Source of the DNA: an uncultured Candidatus Saccharibacteria bacterium
GTDB taxonomy: Bacteria > Patescibacteriota > Minisyncoccia > Phycocordibacterales > PALSA-1337
Reading direction: 5' to 3'
DNA: 64,000 bases
Assembly: GCA_964459225.1 (NCBI GenBank)
Contig: CAYWKB010000001.1
Coordinates: 426,163-490,162, forward strand
This document shows, one piece after another, positions 1 to 10,000 of this stretch (position 1 is the stretch's first letter; each line of letters begins with the position of its first letter). A program made the position numbers and the translations under genes. The notes under the pieces were generated by a model. That model saw only the letters and a list, made by a program, of their open reading frames with translations. It did no database searches and had not been told where the DNA came from.

Positions 1-305
1 AGTTAGCAGGGTAGCGGGTAACGCCCGTCCATCGCAAGATGCGAGGTGCGAACAGAGACGCCCATTGTAAAAGCAATTTTATAATAGTTCGAAAGAACAG
101 GGTATCCATATTTATATGGATAAGTCATATAGGTAACTATATGATTGCAACGGCAAAATCCTTACTTCAGTGCAAGGCCGTGCTCATAGCAATATGAGAG
201 TGCCGCTTGAGGGATGAGGTAACTCATCTCCCAGATAAATGATTGTCGTCTACAATATTTGTATTGTAGATACAGAACTCGGCTTATCGATATGTCACAT
301 CAAAA
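1..305 (+). ncRNA. rnpB: RNase P RNA (bacterial type A-like), 5' end truncated by the window edge
   Basis: No ORFs here. Strong matches to conserved RNase P segments: GGTAACGCCCG (cf. E. coli GGUAACGCCUGGG), GTGCGAACAGAGACGCCC (cf. AGUGCAACAGAGAGCAAACCGCC), GCAAGGCCG, and the 3' ACAGAACTCGGCTTATCG (cf. ACAGAACCCGGCUUAUCG). Followed by a small hairpin plus T-run. The CR-I region (GGAAAGUCCGGGC) would lie upstream of position 1. Confidence 0.7.
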
Positions 306-355
306 AACTTCCTTAACAGGAGGTTTTTTGTTTGCTATAATTCGTACAATAGATT

Positions 356-2797
356 TTGGTTTTATTAATTAATAATTATATTATGGATAATTTTGATAGT
401 GTTAAAAATGTTAATGAAACAGTAGCTAGTAAAAATAAAATCGAAAATATCGCATACTATATATTTTTATTTATAATATCCATTTCTCCTATTGTATTTT
501 TTTCTAAGAGTTTTTCACCAATTGATTTAATTAAATATGACCTCATAACATATGGGATACTTGTATCAGTAATAATATATTTAATATCAGTATTTAAGGA
601 TAAGACTATAAGCATTCCTAAAAATAATTTTATTTCATCTACTCTGCTAATTGTCGTTTCTACAATCCTATCCACATTATTTAGTTCAAACATTGGCAAA
701 TCATTTATCGGTCAGGGATTTGAAAGTTCAACTACAACATTTATTTTAATACTGATCATTTCATCTTTACTTTGTTATAACTTTATTAAAAACTCTTCCG
801 AAAGAGTATTGCATATATATTCGGGTATTTTGATTTCATTTATCTGTCTTGTCTTATTCCAATTAATTAGAATGGTAACTGGACCTGATTTTATGTCATT
901 TGGAATATTTAAGACATTATCAAGTACACCAATAGGTAAATTTAGTGATTTGGGTATATTTTCATCAATCATTCTGCTTATTTCATTTTTTGCATATAAA
1001 ATATTAAATTTATCAAAATCTAATAAGATTATTTCTCTTATACTTATAGCTCTATCTTCAATTGTCCTATTGTTTGTTAATTTTCCTCTAGTATTTACTT
1101 CAGTAATTATGGTTTTGATCTTGATTATTATTGATGAATTTTATAAATCTTATTCAAGTAGCAAAAATATTGTAAAATCTTTTTACAAAATATCTGTTGT
1201 GCCGGTTATTCTTCTGATTTTATTTTCATTATTTTTATTTAAAGGAGACATCATTTTAAGTAAGGTTGTTGGTAAATTAGATATTTCAAATTCTGAATTA
1301 TATTTACCATGGCAATATACATTGGATATTGGCGCAGATACCATTAAATCATCACCGATTTTGGGAGCTGGTCCAAACAAATTTACTAGCCAGTATTTAA
1401 AATACAAACCACAGGAAATCAATTCAACACAGTTTTATAATGTTGATTTTAACAATGGTTTTGGAAATATCCCAAGCATATTAGTTACTCAAGGATTGCT
1501 AGGTGCAATTGCATGGATAATATTTTTATGCGTTTTCCTAAATTCTGGATACAAAAATATTATTAAAAAGGATTCATCAAGAGATTTCGCATATTTTACA
1601 AAAATATCTGTTTTTTGTATTTCTCTAATTCTGATAATATTCAATATAATTTATACGCCATTCCATGTGATAATGTTTTTAACTGCAATTTTTGTTGGTA
1701 TATATGTGAGTACAATAACGACAAAAGATTATGTATTAGATAAAAAATATTTAAAGATAATTTTATTAATTGCAATTGTTGTTCTAGTCTCATGGTTTGG
1801 ATTTCTAGTTAAAAAGGGAATTGCATTAAGTTATTTTAATCAGGGTATCAAAAATATAAATTTACCAAATAATGCAGGTGTAAAAGAAGCAAAAGATAAA
1901 TTTAAAAAGGCATTAAGTTTTGATGAGGCTGATATATATTATCAAGCATTAACTGAAAATAATATTATACAGATCAGTCTATTGGTATCTGAATTACAAA
2001 AGATTTCAAATGGAGCGGATAGAGCTAAGTCTGATGAAATCACAAAAGAAATCAGTAAATTAGTTGAAGAAGCATTACAGTATTCAAGAAAGGCAATAGA
2101 AATAGATAATACAAATTATTATAATTATATTTCTGAGGCTAGAATTTCTGAAGTTGCTAGTGGTTTAAAGGTCAAAAATGCTTATGAAAATACTATAAAC
2201 GCTTATATTAATGCAATCAAAATAAGCCCAAGAAATCCTTATACATATTTAGCTATAGCGAGATTTGAATTTTCAAATGATAAAATCGAAAATTCTCTGC
2301 CATATATTGGAGCTGCACTTCAGTTGAAGCAAAATTATCTTGATGCAGTATTTTTGCTTGCACAAGTTCAGGTGAAACAAGGTAAGACAAAAGATGCTAT
2401 AGATTCAGTTAAATTTGCTACACAAATAAATCCAAATGATCCAACATTATTTTTCCAATTAGGTATACTTTACTATAATGATAAAAATTATTACGAGGCA
2501 ATCAATGCTCTTAATCAAGCAATCAAATTGAATAATTCATATGCAAATGCACAGTACTTCCTAGGATTGTCGTATGCAAGAGTTCAAAATATTAAAGATG
2601 CAATAATTAATTTTGAAGTATTAGAAAAAACAAATCCAGAAAGTGAAGAAGTTAAATTGATTTTGAAAAATCTTAGAATTGGTAAATCAATATTTGCAGA
2701 TGCAACACCTACAATAGATAGTAAGCCAGAAAAAAGGACAACTCTTCCATTAACTGAAAAAAAGAGTACAGTTAAAAAGACAAATCTAACAAGATAG
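356..2797 (+). CDS. Polytopic membrane protein with O-antigen ligase/polymerase-like (Wzy_C-type) N-terminal region and C-terminal TPR repeats
   Basis: 813-aa ORF; about 10 hydrophobic helices in the first 450 aa; C-terminal 350 aa contains multiple 34-aa TPR-like units (e.g. AYINAIKISPRNPYTYLAIARFEF, YYEAINALNQAIKLNNSYANAQYFLGLSY). True start may be ATG at 383. Confidence 0.55.
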   Translation: MVLLINNYIMDNFDSVKNVNETVASKNKIENIAYYIFLFIISISPIVFFSKSFSPIDLIKYDLITYGILVSVIIYLISVFKDKTISIPKNNFISSTLLIVVSTILSTLFSSNIGKSFIGQGFESSTTTFILILIISSLLCYNFIKNSSERVLHIYSGILISFICLVLFQLIRMVTGPDFMSFGIFKTLSSTPIGKFSDLGIFSSIILLISFFAYKILNLSKSNKIISLILIALSSIVLLFVNFPLVFTSVIMVLILIIIDEFYKSYSSSKNIVKSFYKISVVPVILLILFSLFLFKGDIILSKVVGKLDISNSELYLPWQYTLDIGADTIKSSPILGAGPNKFTSQYLKYKPQEINSTQFYNVDFNNGFGNIPSILVTQGLLGAIAWIIFLCVFLNSGYKNIIKKDSSRDFAYFTKISVFCISLILIIFNIIYTPFHVIMFLTAIFVGIYVSTITTKDYVLDKKYLKIILLIAIVVLVSWFGFLVKKGIALSYFNQGIKNINLPNNAGVKEAKDKFKKALSFDEADIYYQALTENNIIQISLLVSELQKISNGADRAKSDEITKEISKLVEEALQYSRKAIEIDNTNYYNYISEARISEVASGLKVKNAYENTINAYINAIKISPRNPYTYLAIARFEFSNDKIENSLPYIGAALQLKQNYLDAVFLLAQVQVKQGKTKDAIDSVKFATQINPNDPTLFFQLGILYYNDKNYYEAINALNQAIKLNNSYANAQYFLGLSYARVQNIKDAIINFEVLEKTNPESEEVKLILKNLRIGKSIFADATPTIDSKPEKRTTLPLTEKKSTVKKTNLTR

Positions 2798-2810
2798 AAA
2801 ATAGACTAAA

Positions 2811-4490
2811 ATGGTTAAAAGATTTTTTAAGATTATGGGTAAGGAAATAAGTGGTTTGCACGAAGCAGCTTATCTACTAGCATTCTTTGCTCTACTTTCA
2901 CAAATACTAGCTTTAGTAAGGGATAAATTACTAGCATATCATTTTGGTGCTGGGCATATATTGGATATATATTATTCTGCATTTAGAATACCTGATTTGA
3001 TCTTTGTATCTATTGCATCTGTGGTTTCAGCGTCTGTACTTGTGCCGTTTTTTATAGATAGATTTCATAATGATAATGACAAGGGTAAGAGATTTATAGA
3101 TAGTGTATTTTCTGCATTTTTTCTAATTATAATTTTTGTTAGTGCTCTCACCTATATTTTTATTCCTGATTTAGTGAAATTACTATTACCGGGCTTTACA
3201 AATGATCCATATCTAGGTGAATTAATAGATGCAACAAGGATACTTCTACTCTCACCTATATTTTTAGGGCTTTCGAATTTCTTTTCTAGTATTACACAAA
3301 TGCGCAAAAGATTTTTGGTATATGCATTAAGTCCGGTTATATATAATATTGGAATTATTTTTGGAATTATTTTCTTGTATCCAATATACGGATTAATGGG
3401 ACTAATATGGGGCGTTGTTATTGGTGCATTTATGCATATGGCGATACAAATTCCTTTTATACTTTCAAGTGATATCATTCCAAGTTTAAAACTCAAAATC
3501 CATTTTAATGATATTAAAAAAGTAGTACTAGTATCATTCCCAAGAACAATTACACTATCTTCAAATCAATTAGCTTCATTTTTCCTTGTATCACTTGCTT
3601 CACTTATGAGTGGCGGATCAATTTCTATATTTAACCTTGCATTCAATCTTCAATCAGTTCCTATGACTATTATTGGTGTGAGTTATTCTTCTGCCATATT
3701 CCCAACATTGTCAAAGTTTTTTGTTGAAAATAATAAAAAGGATTTCCTAAAACAAATGATTGATTCGGCAAGACATATTGTCTTTTGGTCAATTCCGATT
3801 ACTGTCTTGTTTATTGTTTTGCGAGCACAAATTGTAAGGACAATATATGGAGCTGGTAAATTTGATTGGCCAGATACAAGACTCACCGCTGCCGCACTTG
3901 CTATATTTATCGTCTCTGCAATAGGACAAAGTCTGATATTGCTTTTTGTTAGAGCATATTATGCTGAAGGAAAGACTATAAAGCCACTTTCAATAAATAT
4001 AATATCTGCGGGCATTATAGTCGTGCTAGGGTATCTGCTTACAAAATTATTTTTTGCATTTCCTATGTTTGCTTATTTCCTAGAAGATTTATTTAAGGTT
4101 ACGGATCAGGTAGGTACAAGTATTTTGGTATTGCCACTTGCATATACAATTGGTGTATTAATCAATTCAGTTCTGCACTGGTATATGTTTGAAAAAGATT
4201 ATAAAGGTTTTACCAAGCCAGTTGTCGAAACATTATTTCAAAGCTTTTCTGCGTCTGTAATAATGGGTTATATTACCTTTTTATCACTTAGATTTTTTAA
4301 TCAGTTTTTACCTCTAACAAAAGCATTAAATGTGTTTCTGCAAGGTTTATGTGCGGGAATAGTCGGTATTATTGCCCTTATTATTGTCTTAATTATATTG
4401 AAAAATAGGGAAATAAAAGAGGTGTGGCAAACTCTACATCATAAGTTTTGGAAAACACGTGTTGTTGTGCCAGATCAGGAAAGTCTATGA
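2811..4490 (+). CDS. murJ: Lipid II flippase MurJ/MviN
   Basis: 559 aa, 12-14 TM helices, N-terminal LLAFFALLSQILALVRDKLLAYHFGAG..YYSAFRIPDLIF typical of MurJ. Ends in TGA. Confidence 0.8.
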   Translation: MVKRFFKIMGKEISGLHEAAYLLAFFALLSQILALVRDKLLAYHFGAGHILDIYYSAFRIPDLIFVSIASVVSASVLVPFFIDRFHNDNDKGKRFIDSVFSAFFLIIIFVSALTYIFIPDLVKLLLPGFTNDPYLGELIDATRILLLSPIFLGLSNFFSSITQMRKRFLVYALSPVIYNIGIIFGIIFLYPIYGLMGLIWGVVIGAFMHMAIQIPFILSSDIIPSLKLKIHFNDIKKVVLVSFPRTITLSSNQLASFFLVSLASLMSGGSISIFNLAFNLQSVPMTIIGVSYSSAIFPTLSKFFVENNKKDFLKQMIDSARHIVFWSIPITVLFIVLRAQIVRTIYGAGKFDWPDTRLTAAALAIFIVSAIGQSLILLFVRAYYAEGKTIKPLSINIISAGIIVVLGYLLTKLFFAFPMFAYFLEDLFKVTDQVGTSILVLPLAYTIGVLINSVLHWYMFEKDYKGFTKPVVETLFQSFSASVIMGYITFLSLRFFNQFLPLTKALNVFLQGLCAGIVGIIALIIVLIILKNREIKEVWQTLHHKFWKTRVVVPDQESL

Positions 4491-4525
4491 TTTTCGGTAT
4501 ATTTCTGCTAGTATAAGTTTTACAA

Positions 4526-6346
4526 ATGAATACACAGTTAATAAGAAATTTTTCAATAATTGCCCATATAGATCACGGCAAATCAACTTTGGCTGACCGA
4601 ATGCTGGAGCTTACTAATACTATTGAAAAAAGAAAAATGCAAGAACAAGTACTAGATAGTATGGAACTTGAACGTGAGAGGGGAATAACTATCAAAATGC
4701 AACCGGTTAGAATGAAATTTAAAAAAACAGAGGGAGATAATATTGGTGAAGAATACATACTAAATCTCATAGATACTCCAGGACATATTGATTTTTCATA
4801 TGAAGTTTCAAGAGCGCTCAAAGCTGTTGAGGGATCAATTTTGCTTGTTGATGCTACTCAAGGTGTTCAGGCTCAGACATTAACTACATTAAATATGGCC
4901 CGTGAATCTGGGTTAAAGATAATACCAGTTATTTCAAAGATAGATTCACCGCTTGCAAGAATAAATGATGTCGTACATGAAGTCTGTACTTTGCTTGATT
5001 GTAAGGAAAGCGAAGTATTAAAGGTTTCAGGTAAGACCGGAGAGGGTGTAATACACTTATTAAATGAAGTAATAAATAGAATACCCGCACCAAAGTCACC
5101 GGATAACAATAATACAAATGAATTCAGATCTCTTGTTTTTGATTTTCAGTATTCAAATCATAAAGGAGTTATCGTCTACGTGAGGGTTATGAATGGATCA
5201 GTTAAAAGACATGATCAATTGCTATTTAAAATTTCTGATGAAAAGTTTCAAGCATTAGAAGTAGGAATATTTGCACCGGACGATACTCCAACCGAAAGCT
5301 TGGGAGTGGGTGAAATAGGATATATTGTAACCGGTATCAAACAACCTGGTATTGCATCTGTTGGAGACACTGTAGCGTCTATTAAAGACAATACAGAGGC
5401 ATTGCACGGATATATGTCACCCAGTCCAGTTGTTTGGGCATCAGTGTATACGGAAAGCCAAGACGATTTTAATGCCTTAAGAATGGCATTGGGCAGGCTT
5501 AGATTATCTGATTCCTCATTTACACATGAAGAGGAGGCTTCAGGAACATTGGGAAGAGGTTTTAGATGCGGTTTCCTTGGAATGTTACATCTCGAAATAA
5601 TCACTGAAAGACTCAGAAGGGAGTTTAATTTAGATTTGGTAGTTACAACTCCAAGTATTACTTATAATGTTGAATTGAAAAATGGTAAAACAATAACAAT
5701 ATATTCTCCTGCGCTTTTCCCTGATGATCATGAAGTCAAAAAAGTCTATGAACCATTGGTTAAAATGAAGATAATCACACCGCCTGATTATTTGGGTACA
5801 ATAATGCAATCAGTTTTTAATCATGAAGGCGAGGTTTCAATAACTGAAAATTTCGGTGAAAACAGAACATCAATTTCACTTGTTATGCCACTTCGTGAAT
5901 TAATGAGGAATTTTTTTGATGAAATTAAAAGTGTTTCCTCAGGTTTTGCATCTATTTCTTATGAACTAGGTGAAATGAGAGAAGCAGATGTTGTAAGACT
6001 AGACATTTTGGTTGCAGATGAACCAGTTATTGCATTTACAAGAGTTGTATCAAGGAGAAGATTAGAAGAAGAAGCAAAACTAGCAGTAGAAAAGCTACAT
6101 AAGGTATTACCAAGACAAATGTTTACATTAAAAATCCAAGGAAAAGCACAGGGAAGAATAATCGCATCAGAAACACTTTTAGGAATGCAGAAAAATGTAA
6201 CACAACATATGTACGGTGGCGATAGAACTAGAAAAATGAAATTATGGGAAAAGCAAAAGGAAGGTAAAAAGAAAATGAAAGAATTAGGAAGAGGTAATGT
6301 AAATATTCCTCAGGATGTGTTTATAAAGATGATGAGAAACGATTAA
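4526..6346 (+). CDS. lepA: Elongation factor 4 (LepA) translational GTPase
   Basis: NFSIIAHIDHGKSTLADRMLE G1 motif, DTPGHIDF, C-terminal LepA-specific region; 606 aa. Confidence 0.9.
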   Translation: MNTQLIRNFSIIAHIDHGKSTLADRMLELTNTIEKRKMQEQVLDSMELERERGITIKMQPVRMKFKKTEGDNIGEEYILNLIDTPGHIDFSYEVSRALKAVEGSILLVDATQGVQAQTLTTLNMARESGLKIIPVISKIDSPLARINDVVHEVCTLLDCKESEVLKVSGKTGEGVIHLLNEVINRIPAPKSPDNNNTNEFRSLVFDFQYSNHKGVIVYVRVMNGSVKRHDQLLFKISDEKFQALEVGIFAPDDTPTESLGVGEIGYIVTGIKQPGIASVGDTVASIKDNTEALHGYMSPSPVVWASVYTESQDDFNALRMALGRLRLSDSSFTHEEEASGTLGRGFRCGFLGMLHLEIITERLRREFNLDLVVTTPSITYNVELKNGKTITIYSPALFPDDHEVKKVYEPLVKMKIITPPDYLGTIMQSVFNHEGEVSITENFGENRTSISLVMPLRELMRNFFDEIKSVSSGFASISYELGEMREADVVRLDILVADEPVIAFTRVVSRRRLEEEAKLAVEKLHKVLPRQMFTLKIQGKAQGRIIASETLLGMQKNVTQHMYGGDRTRKMKLWEKQKEGKKKMKELGRGNVNIPQDVFIKMMRND

Positions 6347-6488
6347 AATAGGTTTGGAAGTGACCAAAGTATCATACTTACTATTATAAGTACTCCTATT
6401 ATTATCATTGCAACACGCAAAAACTTTTTTGTATTGTGGTGGAATAACATATGTGTTGCATAGTATACTATATGTATATATAAATTCA

Positions 6489-6869
6489 ATGATTGATTTT
6501 CAAAAGAAAAAAAGAATTAGGAAAATATTATACTCACCCATTTCTCTTATTATTTTATTTATTGTATTTATTTTACTTTTTAAATCAGTTTGGAATGTAT
6601 ACGATAAACAAAAATTAAGTATCAAAAATCTTAATCAAGAAAAAATAGAAAATGATAAACTTTCACAAAGAGAAAAAAAGCTAAATACATCTATAGAATA
6701 TTTAAAAACAGAACAAGGAATAGAAAATGAAATACGCGTCAAATTCCGAGCTGTGAGGGAAGGTGAACAAATATCAGTCATAGTTGATGATAATAATGTT
6801 AATACAGTAACAGTATCTACTAGCACAATTAAAAAAGGTTTTTGGAATAATCTTTTTATGTTAAAATAG
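6489..6869 (+). CDS. FtsB/DivIC-like septum formation initiator (single N-terminal TM + coiled coil)
   Basis: Starting at the internal ATG at 6489: basic N-terminus, one TM helix, then a coiled coil (LNQEKIENDKLSQREKKLNTSIEYLKTEQGIENEIRVKF) typical of FtsB/DivIC. The 5' extension in the ORF track is probably non-coding. Confidence 0.5.
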   Translation: MIDFQKKKRIRKILYSPISLIILFIVFILLFKSVWNVYDKQKLSIKNLNQEKIENDKLSQREKKLNTSIEYLKTEQGIENEIRVKFRAVREGEQISVIVDDNNVNTVTVSTSTIKKGFWNNLFMLK

Positions 6870-6896
6870 CATTAATTAATAGTTTAATTAAAATTC

Positions 6897-7130
6897 ATGA
6901 AAAATATCACAATATACTCAACCCCAACATGCCACTATTGCAATGAAGCAAAAAAGTTTATGAAGGAAAACAATATCTCATACAATGAACACAATGTAGC
7001 AACAGATTTGGAACAAAGGAAAATCATGGTAGATAAAAGTGGTCAACTAGGTGTGCCGGTAATAGATATCGATGGCAAGATTATGGTTGGATTTGAAGAG
7101 GGAAGTTTCAAAAAGGCATTAGGTATATAA
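6897..7130 (+). CDS. Glutaredoxin-like protein (NrdH/YruB-type)
   Basis: 77 aa with a CHYC redox motif (TPTCHYCNEAKKF) and the downstream GVPV...G pattern of the thioredoxin fold. Confidence 0.75.
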   Translation: MKNITIYSTPTCHYCNEAKKFMKENNISYNEHNVATDLEQRKIMVDKSGQLGVPVIDIDGKIMVGFEEGSFKKALGI

Positions 7131-7143
7131 AGTTATACCAAAA

Positions 7144-7170
7144 GACAGGACAATATCCTGTCTTTTGTGT
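7144..7170 (+). terminator. Rho-independent terminator after the glutaredoxin gene
   Basis: GACAGGA-CAATA-TCCTGTC hairpin followed by TTTTGTGTT. Confidence 0.6.
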
Positions 7171-7184
7171 TATATTCATATTGC

Positions 7185-7256
7185 GCCCTTGTAGTTCAAT
7201 GGATAGAACAGTTCCGTCCTAAGGAATAGATCCAGGTTCGATTCCTGGTGAGGGCA
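7185..7256 (+). tRNA. tRNA-Arg (anticodon CCT)
   Basis: Manual cloverleaf: acceptor GCCCTTG/TGAGGGC, D-stem GTTC/GAAC, anticodon stem GTTCC/GGAAT with loop GTCCTAA (CCT), T-arm CCAGG-TTCGATT-CCTGG, discriminator A. No encoded CCA. Confidence 0.8.
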
Positions 7257-7302
7257 CAATTCAATCTTTTAATTTATCTCATATTCTGGTATACTCTTTT
7301 TT

Positions 7303-7572
7303 ATGAGTCCTGAAGATAGATCTTTATTAGAAAGAACACTCAAATTAGCTGAGGAGAATAATATCATTCTCAAGTCTATTCGTCGTAGTAATAGGATTAG
7401 TATGGCGGTGAGGGCTTTGTACTGGATAGTAATAATCGGTCTTTCTGTCGGGGCTTTGTATTTTATTCAGCCGTATATTGATTTCCTTTTTGGTGCATTA
7501 AATGGCGGTGGAAAGACAACAGATGCAGTTAATACACAATCAATAAATTTACTGCAAGATTTGTTGAAATAA
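7303..7572 (+). CDS. Small hypothetical membrane protein (one TM helix)
   Basis: 89-aa ORF between two tRNA genes; central hydrophobic helix ALYWIVIIGLSVGALYFI; no recognisable domain. Confidence 0.35.
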   Translation: MSPEDRSLLERTLKLAEENNIILKSIRRSNRISMAVRALYWIVIIGLSVGALYFIQPYIDFLFGALNGGGKTTDAVNTQSINLLQDLLK

Positions 7573-7606
7573 ATGTTTTTTAAATTAAATATCAGTTTAG
7601 ATTACG

Positions 7607-7625
7607 TACCAACGCCAAGGTAGCT
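7607..7625 (+). repeat. 19-nt direct duplicate of the tRNA-Phe 5' end plus 7 nt of upstream flank (partial tRNA fragment)
   Basis: TACCAACGCCAAGGTAGCT at 7607-7625 is identical to 7681-7699 (the 5' flank + acceptor/D-arm start of tRNA-Phe). The first copy diverges into a CCAAG...CTTGG hairpin instead of a full tRNA. Confidence 0.6.
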
Positions 7626-7687
7626 GTCTTGGTAGGCCCAGAACAATATGTGGTAGGAATAATAAAATTAAGTGTAAGTATACCAAC

Positions 7688-7760
7688 GCCAAGGTAGCTC
7701 AGTTGGTAGAGCATTCCCCTGAAGAGGGAAGGGTCACCAGTTCGATCCTGGTCCTTGGCA
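7688..7760 (+). tRNA. tRNA-Phe (anticodon GAA)
   Basis: Acceptor GCCAAGG/CCTTGGC, D-arm GCTC-AGTTGGTA-GAGC, anticodon stem TTCCC/GGGAA with loop CTGAAGA (GAA), T-arm ACCAG-TTCGATC-CTGGT. No encoded CCA. Confidence 0.85.
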
Positions 7761-7819
7761 CAAATACATTGAGTAATAACTTTTATCAAGTTATAATATA
7801 GCAATAATTATTTTGCTAT

Positions 7820-8974
7820 ATGAAAATTCAACAAAAAAAGTGGACATTAAATGATGGTTGGAAAGTTATAGGTAATTCAACTGATTCATTAAATAATGCA
7901 GATTTGGTTTTAATATTTGGAGGTAACAATGCATTAAAGGATAAAAATAAATTTGATGAAATCAAATCATGGTATCCAAATGCAAATATTGTAAGTTCAA
8001 GTACAGCCGGTGAAATCGTTGGTACTGAAGTTTCTGATGATGGTCTTGTTTTGACTGCTATTAAATTTGAAAAGACAAAGCTTTCATTTGTTGAAGCTGA
8101 GATTGACAATGCTGATCAAAGCGAACAAATAGGTATTAAGCTGGCACAAGGTTTAGATCAAAATGGTTTAAATCATGTAATGATATTTTCGGATGGATTA
8201 TATGTAAACGGTACTCCACTAGTACGAGGTCTGCTTAAGGGCTTGCCATACAATGTTTCAGTTACAGGGGGTCTTGCCGGTGATGGTCCGAGATTTAAGG
8301 AAACTTTAATTGGTTTTAATGATATTGCAAAAAGTAAAAAGCTTGTTTGTATAGGATTTTATGGAAATAATATAAAAATAGGATACGGTTCACTCGGTGG
8401 TTGGGATGCTTTTGGAATATCAAGAACAATTACAAAATCAAAAGGAAATGTACTTTACGAATTAGACGGTGTGCCAGCTCTATCAATATACAAAGAATAT
8501 TTAGGAGATTTAGCAAAAGATCTACCAGCAAGTGGACTTCTTTTTCCTTTAAATTTAAATATTAAAACTGATTCAGGAAAAGAAGTTGAAGTTGCCAGAA
8601 CAATACTTGCTGTTGATGAAAATGATCAATCAATGACATTTGCAGGTGATATGCCTGAAGGAGTTGTTGCAAGATTTATGAAAGCAAATTTTGATAGAAT
8701 AATAGATGGTGCATCAGGTGCGGCTAATATGAGTATTGAGGCACTTCAAAATAATAAAGCAGAACTTGCAATACTTGTAAGTTGTATAGGAAGAAAGTTA
8801 GTGCTTAAGGATAGAGTGGAAGAAGAGGTTGAAGCTGTAAGGGAAAAAATAGGTGATAATGTATCAATAGTTGGCTTTTATTCATATGGTGAAATATGCC
8901 CAACAGCACCAACAGAAAGACAGTGCCAATTACATAATCAAACAATGACTATTACCACATTTCGTGAAGAATAA
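7820..8974 (+). CDS. FIST-domain sensor protein (FIST_N + FIST_C)
   Basis: 384 aa; N-terminal ADLVLIFGG...SSSTAGEIVG and C-terminal VSIVGFYSYGEICPTAPTERQCQLHNQT match the FIST_N/FIST_C hallmarks (GEI-P ... LHNQT). Confidence 0.6.
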   Translation: MKIQQKKWTLNDGWKVIGNSTDSLNNADLVLIFGGNNALKDKNKFDEIKSWYPNANIVSSSTAGEIVGTEVSDDGLVLTAIKFEKTKLSFVEAEIDNADQSEQIGIKLAQGLDQNGLNHVMIFSDGLYVNGTPLVRGLLKGLPYNVSVTGGLAGDGPRFKETLIGFNDIAKSKKLVCIGFYGNNIKIGYGSLGGWDAFGISRTITKSKGNVLYELDGVPALSIYKEYLGDLAKDLPASGLLFPLNLNIKTDSGKEVEVARTILAVDENDQSMTFAGDMPEGVVARFMKANFDRIIDGASGAANMSIEALQNNKAELAILVSCIGRKLVLKDRVEEEVEAVREKIGDNVSIVGFYSYGEICPTAPTERQCQLHNQTMTITTFREE

Positions 8975-8976
8975 AC

Positions 8977-9960
8977 ATGCATCATTTACTTGAAAGACAA
9001 TATAAAAAGGTTTTTAAGGATAAAACAAACAATTCAAAAGAAATTGAAGATTTATTAAATATTATAAGTACAACTTATGAAAACAATGATACAGATAGGA
9101 AATTACTAGAACATTCATTTGCAGTTAGTTCAAAAGAGTTCGGTGAATTAAATGCAAAGGTGTTAAAACTTTTGAAAGATTTGGAAATTGAAAAAGAAAG
9201 TGTAGAAAAAAAGGTCATACAACGAACACAAGAGTTAATAGAGGCAAATAAAAGATTAACTGAATTGGATAAAATTAAAACAGAATTCATCTCTGTTGCA
9301 GCACATCAATTACGAACACCGCTTTCAGCAGTAAAGTGGACATTGTCTTCACTTATTGAGGAATCAAACGATAATCTCACGGTAGAACAAAAGACTCTGC
9401 TACTAAAGGGTTATGAAAGTAATGAAAGAATAATAAAGCTCATAAATGAAATGCTTGTGGTTACAAGAATAGAATCAGGAAAAATGTCATATAATTTTTC
9501 GTATATTCATATTGAAGATTTGATAGATAGTTGTATGCAAGATTTTGAAGGTCAAGCAAGAGCAAGAAGGATAAAATTGGATTTTATTGAAAATAGCAAT
9601 AAATTACCATATATAAATATAGATCCAGAAAAGGTTAGAGCGGTACTACAAAATCTTATCGAAAATGCATTATTTTATACAAAAGATGGGGGTAAAATAG
9701 AAATAAAAGCAGAATTAATAGATGGAAATATAAAAGTTTCAGTTAAAGACAATGGAATAGGAATTCCAGAAAAACAAAAATCAGGAATATTTAATAAATT
9801 TTTTAGAGCAGAAAACGCATTAAAAGTACGCACTGATGGTTCAGGACTTGGACTCTTTGTTTCTAAAAGCATAATTGAAAAGCATGGTGGAGAAATAGGA
9901 TTTGAAAGTATGGAAGGTGTTGGCACAACTTTTTTCTTTAAAATTCCTGCAGTAAAATAA
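8977..9960 (+). CDS. Soluble sensor histidine kinase (HisKA + HATPase_c, no TM or sensor domain)
   Basis: H-box ISVAAHQLRTPLSAVKW; N, G1, G2 boxes (NLIENALFYT, VKDNGIGIP, GSGLGL). Starts 3 nt after the FIST gene stop. Confidence 0.8.
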   Translation: MHHLLERQYKKVFKDKTNNSKEIEDLLNIISTTYENNDTDRKLLEHSFAVSSKEFGELNAKVLKLLKDLEIEKESVEKKVIQRTQELIEANKRLTELDKIKTEFISVAAHQLRTPLSAVKWTLSSLIEESNDNLTVEQKTLLLKGYESNERIIKLINEMLVVTRIESGKMSYNFSYIHIEDLIDSCMQDFEGQARARRIKLDFIENSNKLPYINIDPEKVRAVLQNLIENALFYTKDGGKIEIKAELIDGNIKVSVKDNGIGIPEKQKSGIFNKFFRAENALKVRTDGSGLGLFVSKSIIEKHGGEIGFESMEGVGTTFFFKIPAVK

Positions 9961-10000
9961 TAAATAGACCAGTTAAGATTTATATTATATAATTATCGAA

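Noticed and set aside
7185-7760. Integrated mobile element at the tRNA-Arg/tRNA-Phe locus
   Set aside because: No integrase, excisionase or cargo genes lie between or beside the tRNAs. The only intervening ORF is an 89-aa membrane protein, and the duplicated segment is the 5' (not the 3') end of the tRNA.
7592-7804. 70-aa minus-strand ORF overlapping tRNA-Phe and the partial tRNA duplicate
   Set aside because: It is the antisense of a confidently folded tRNA and its flank, so not a gene.
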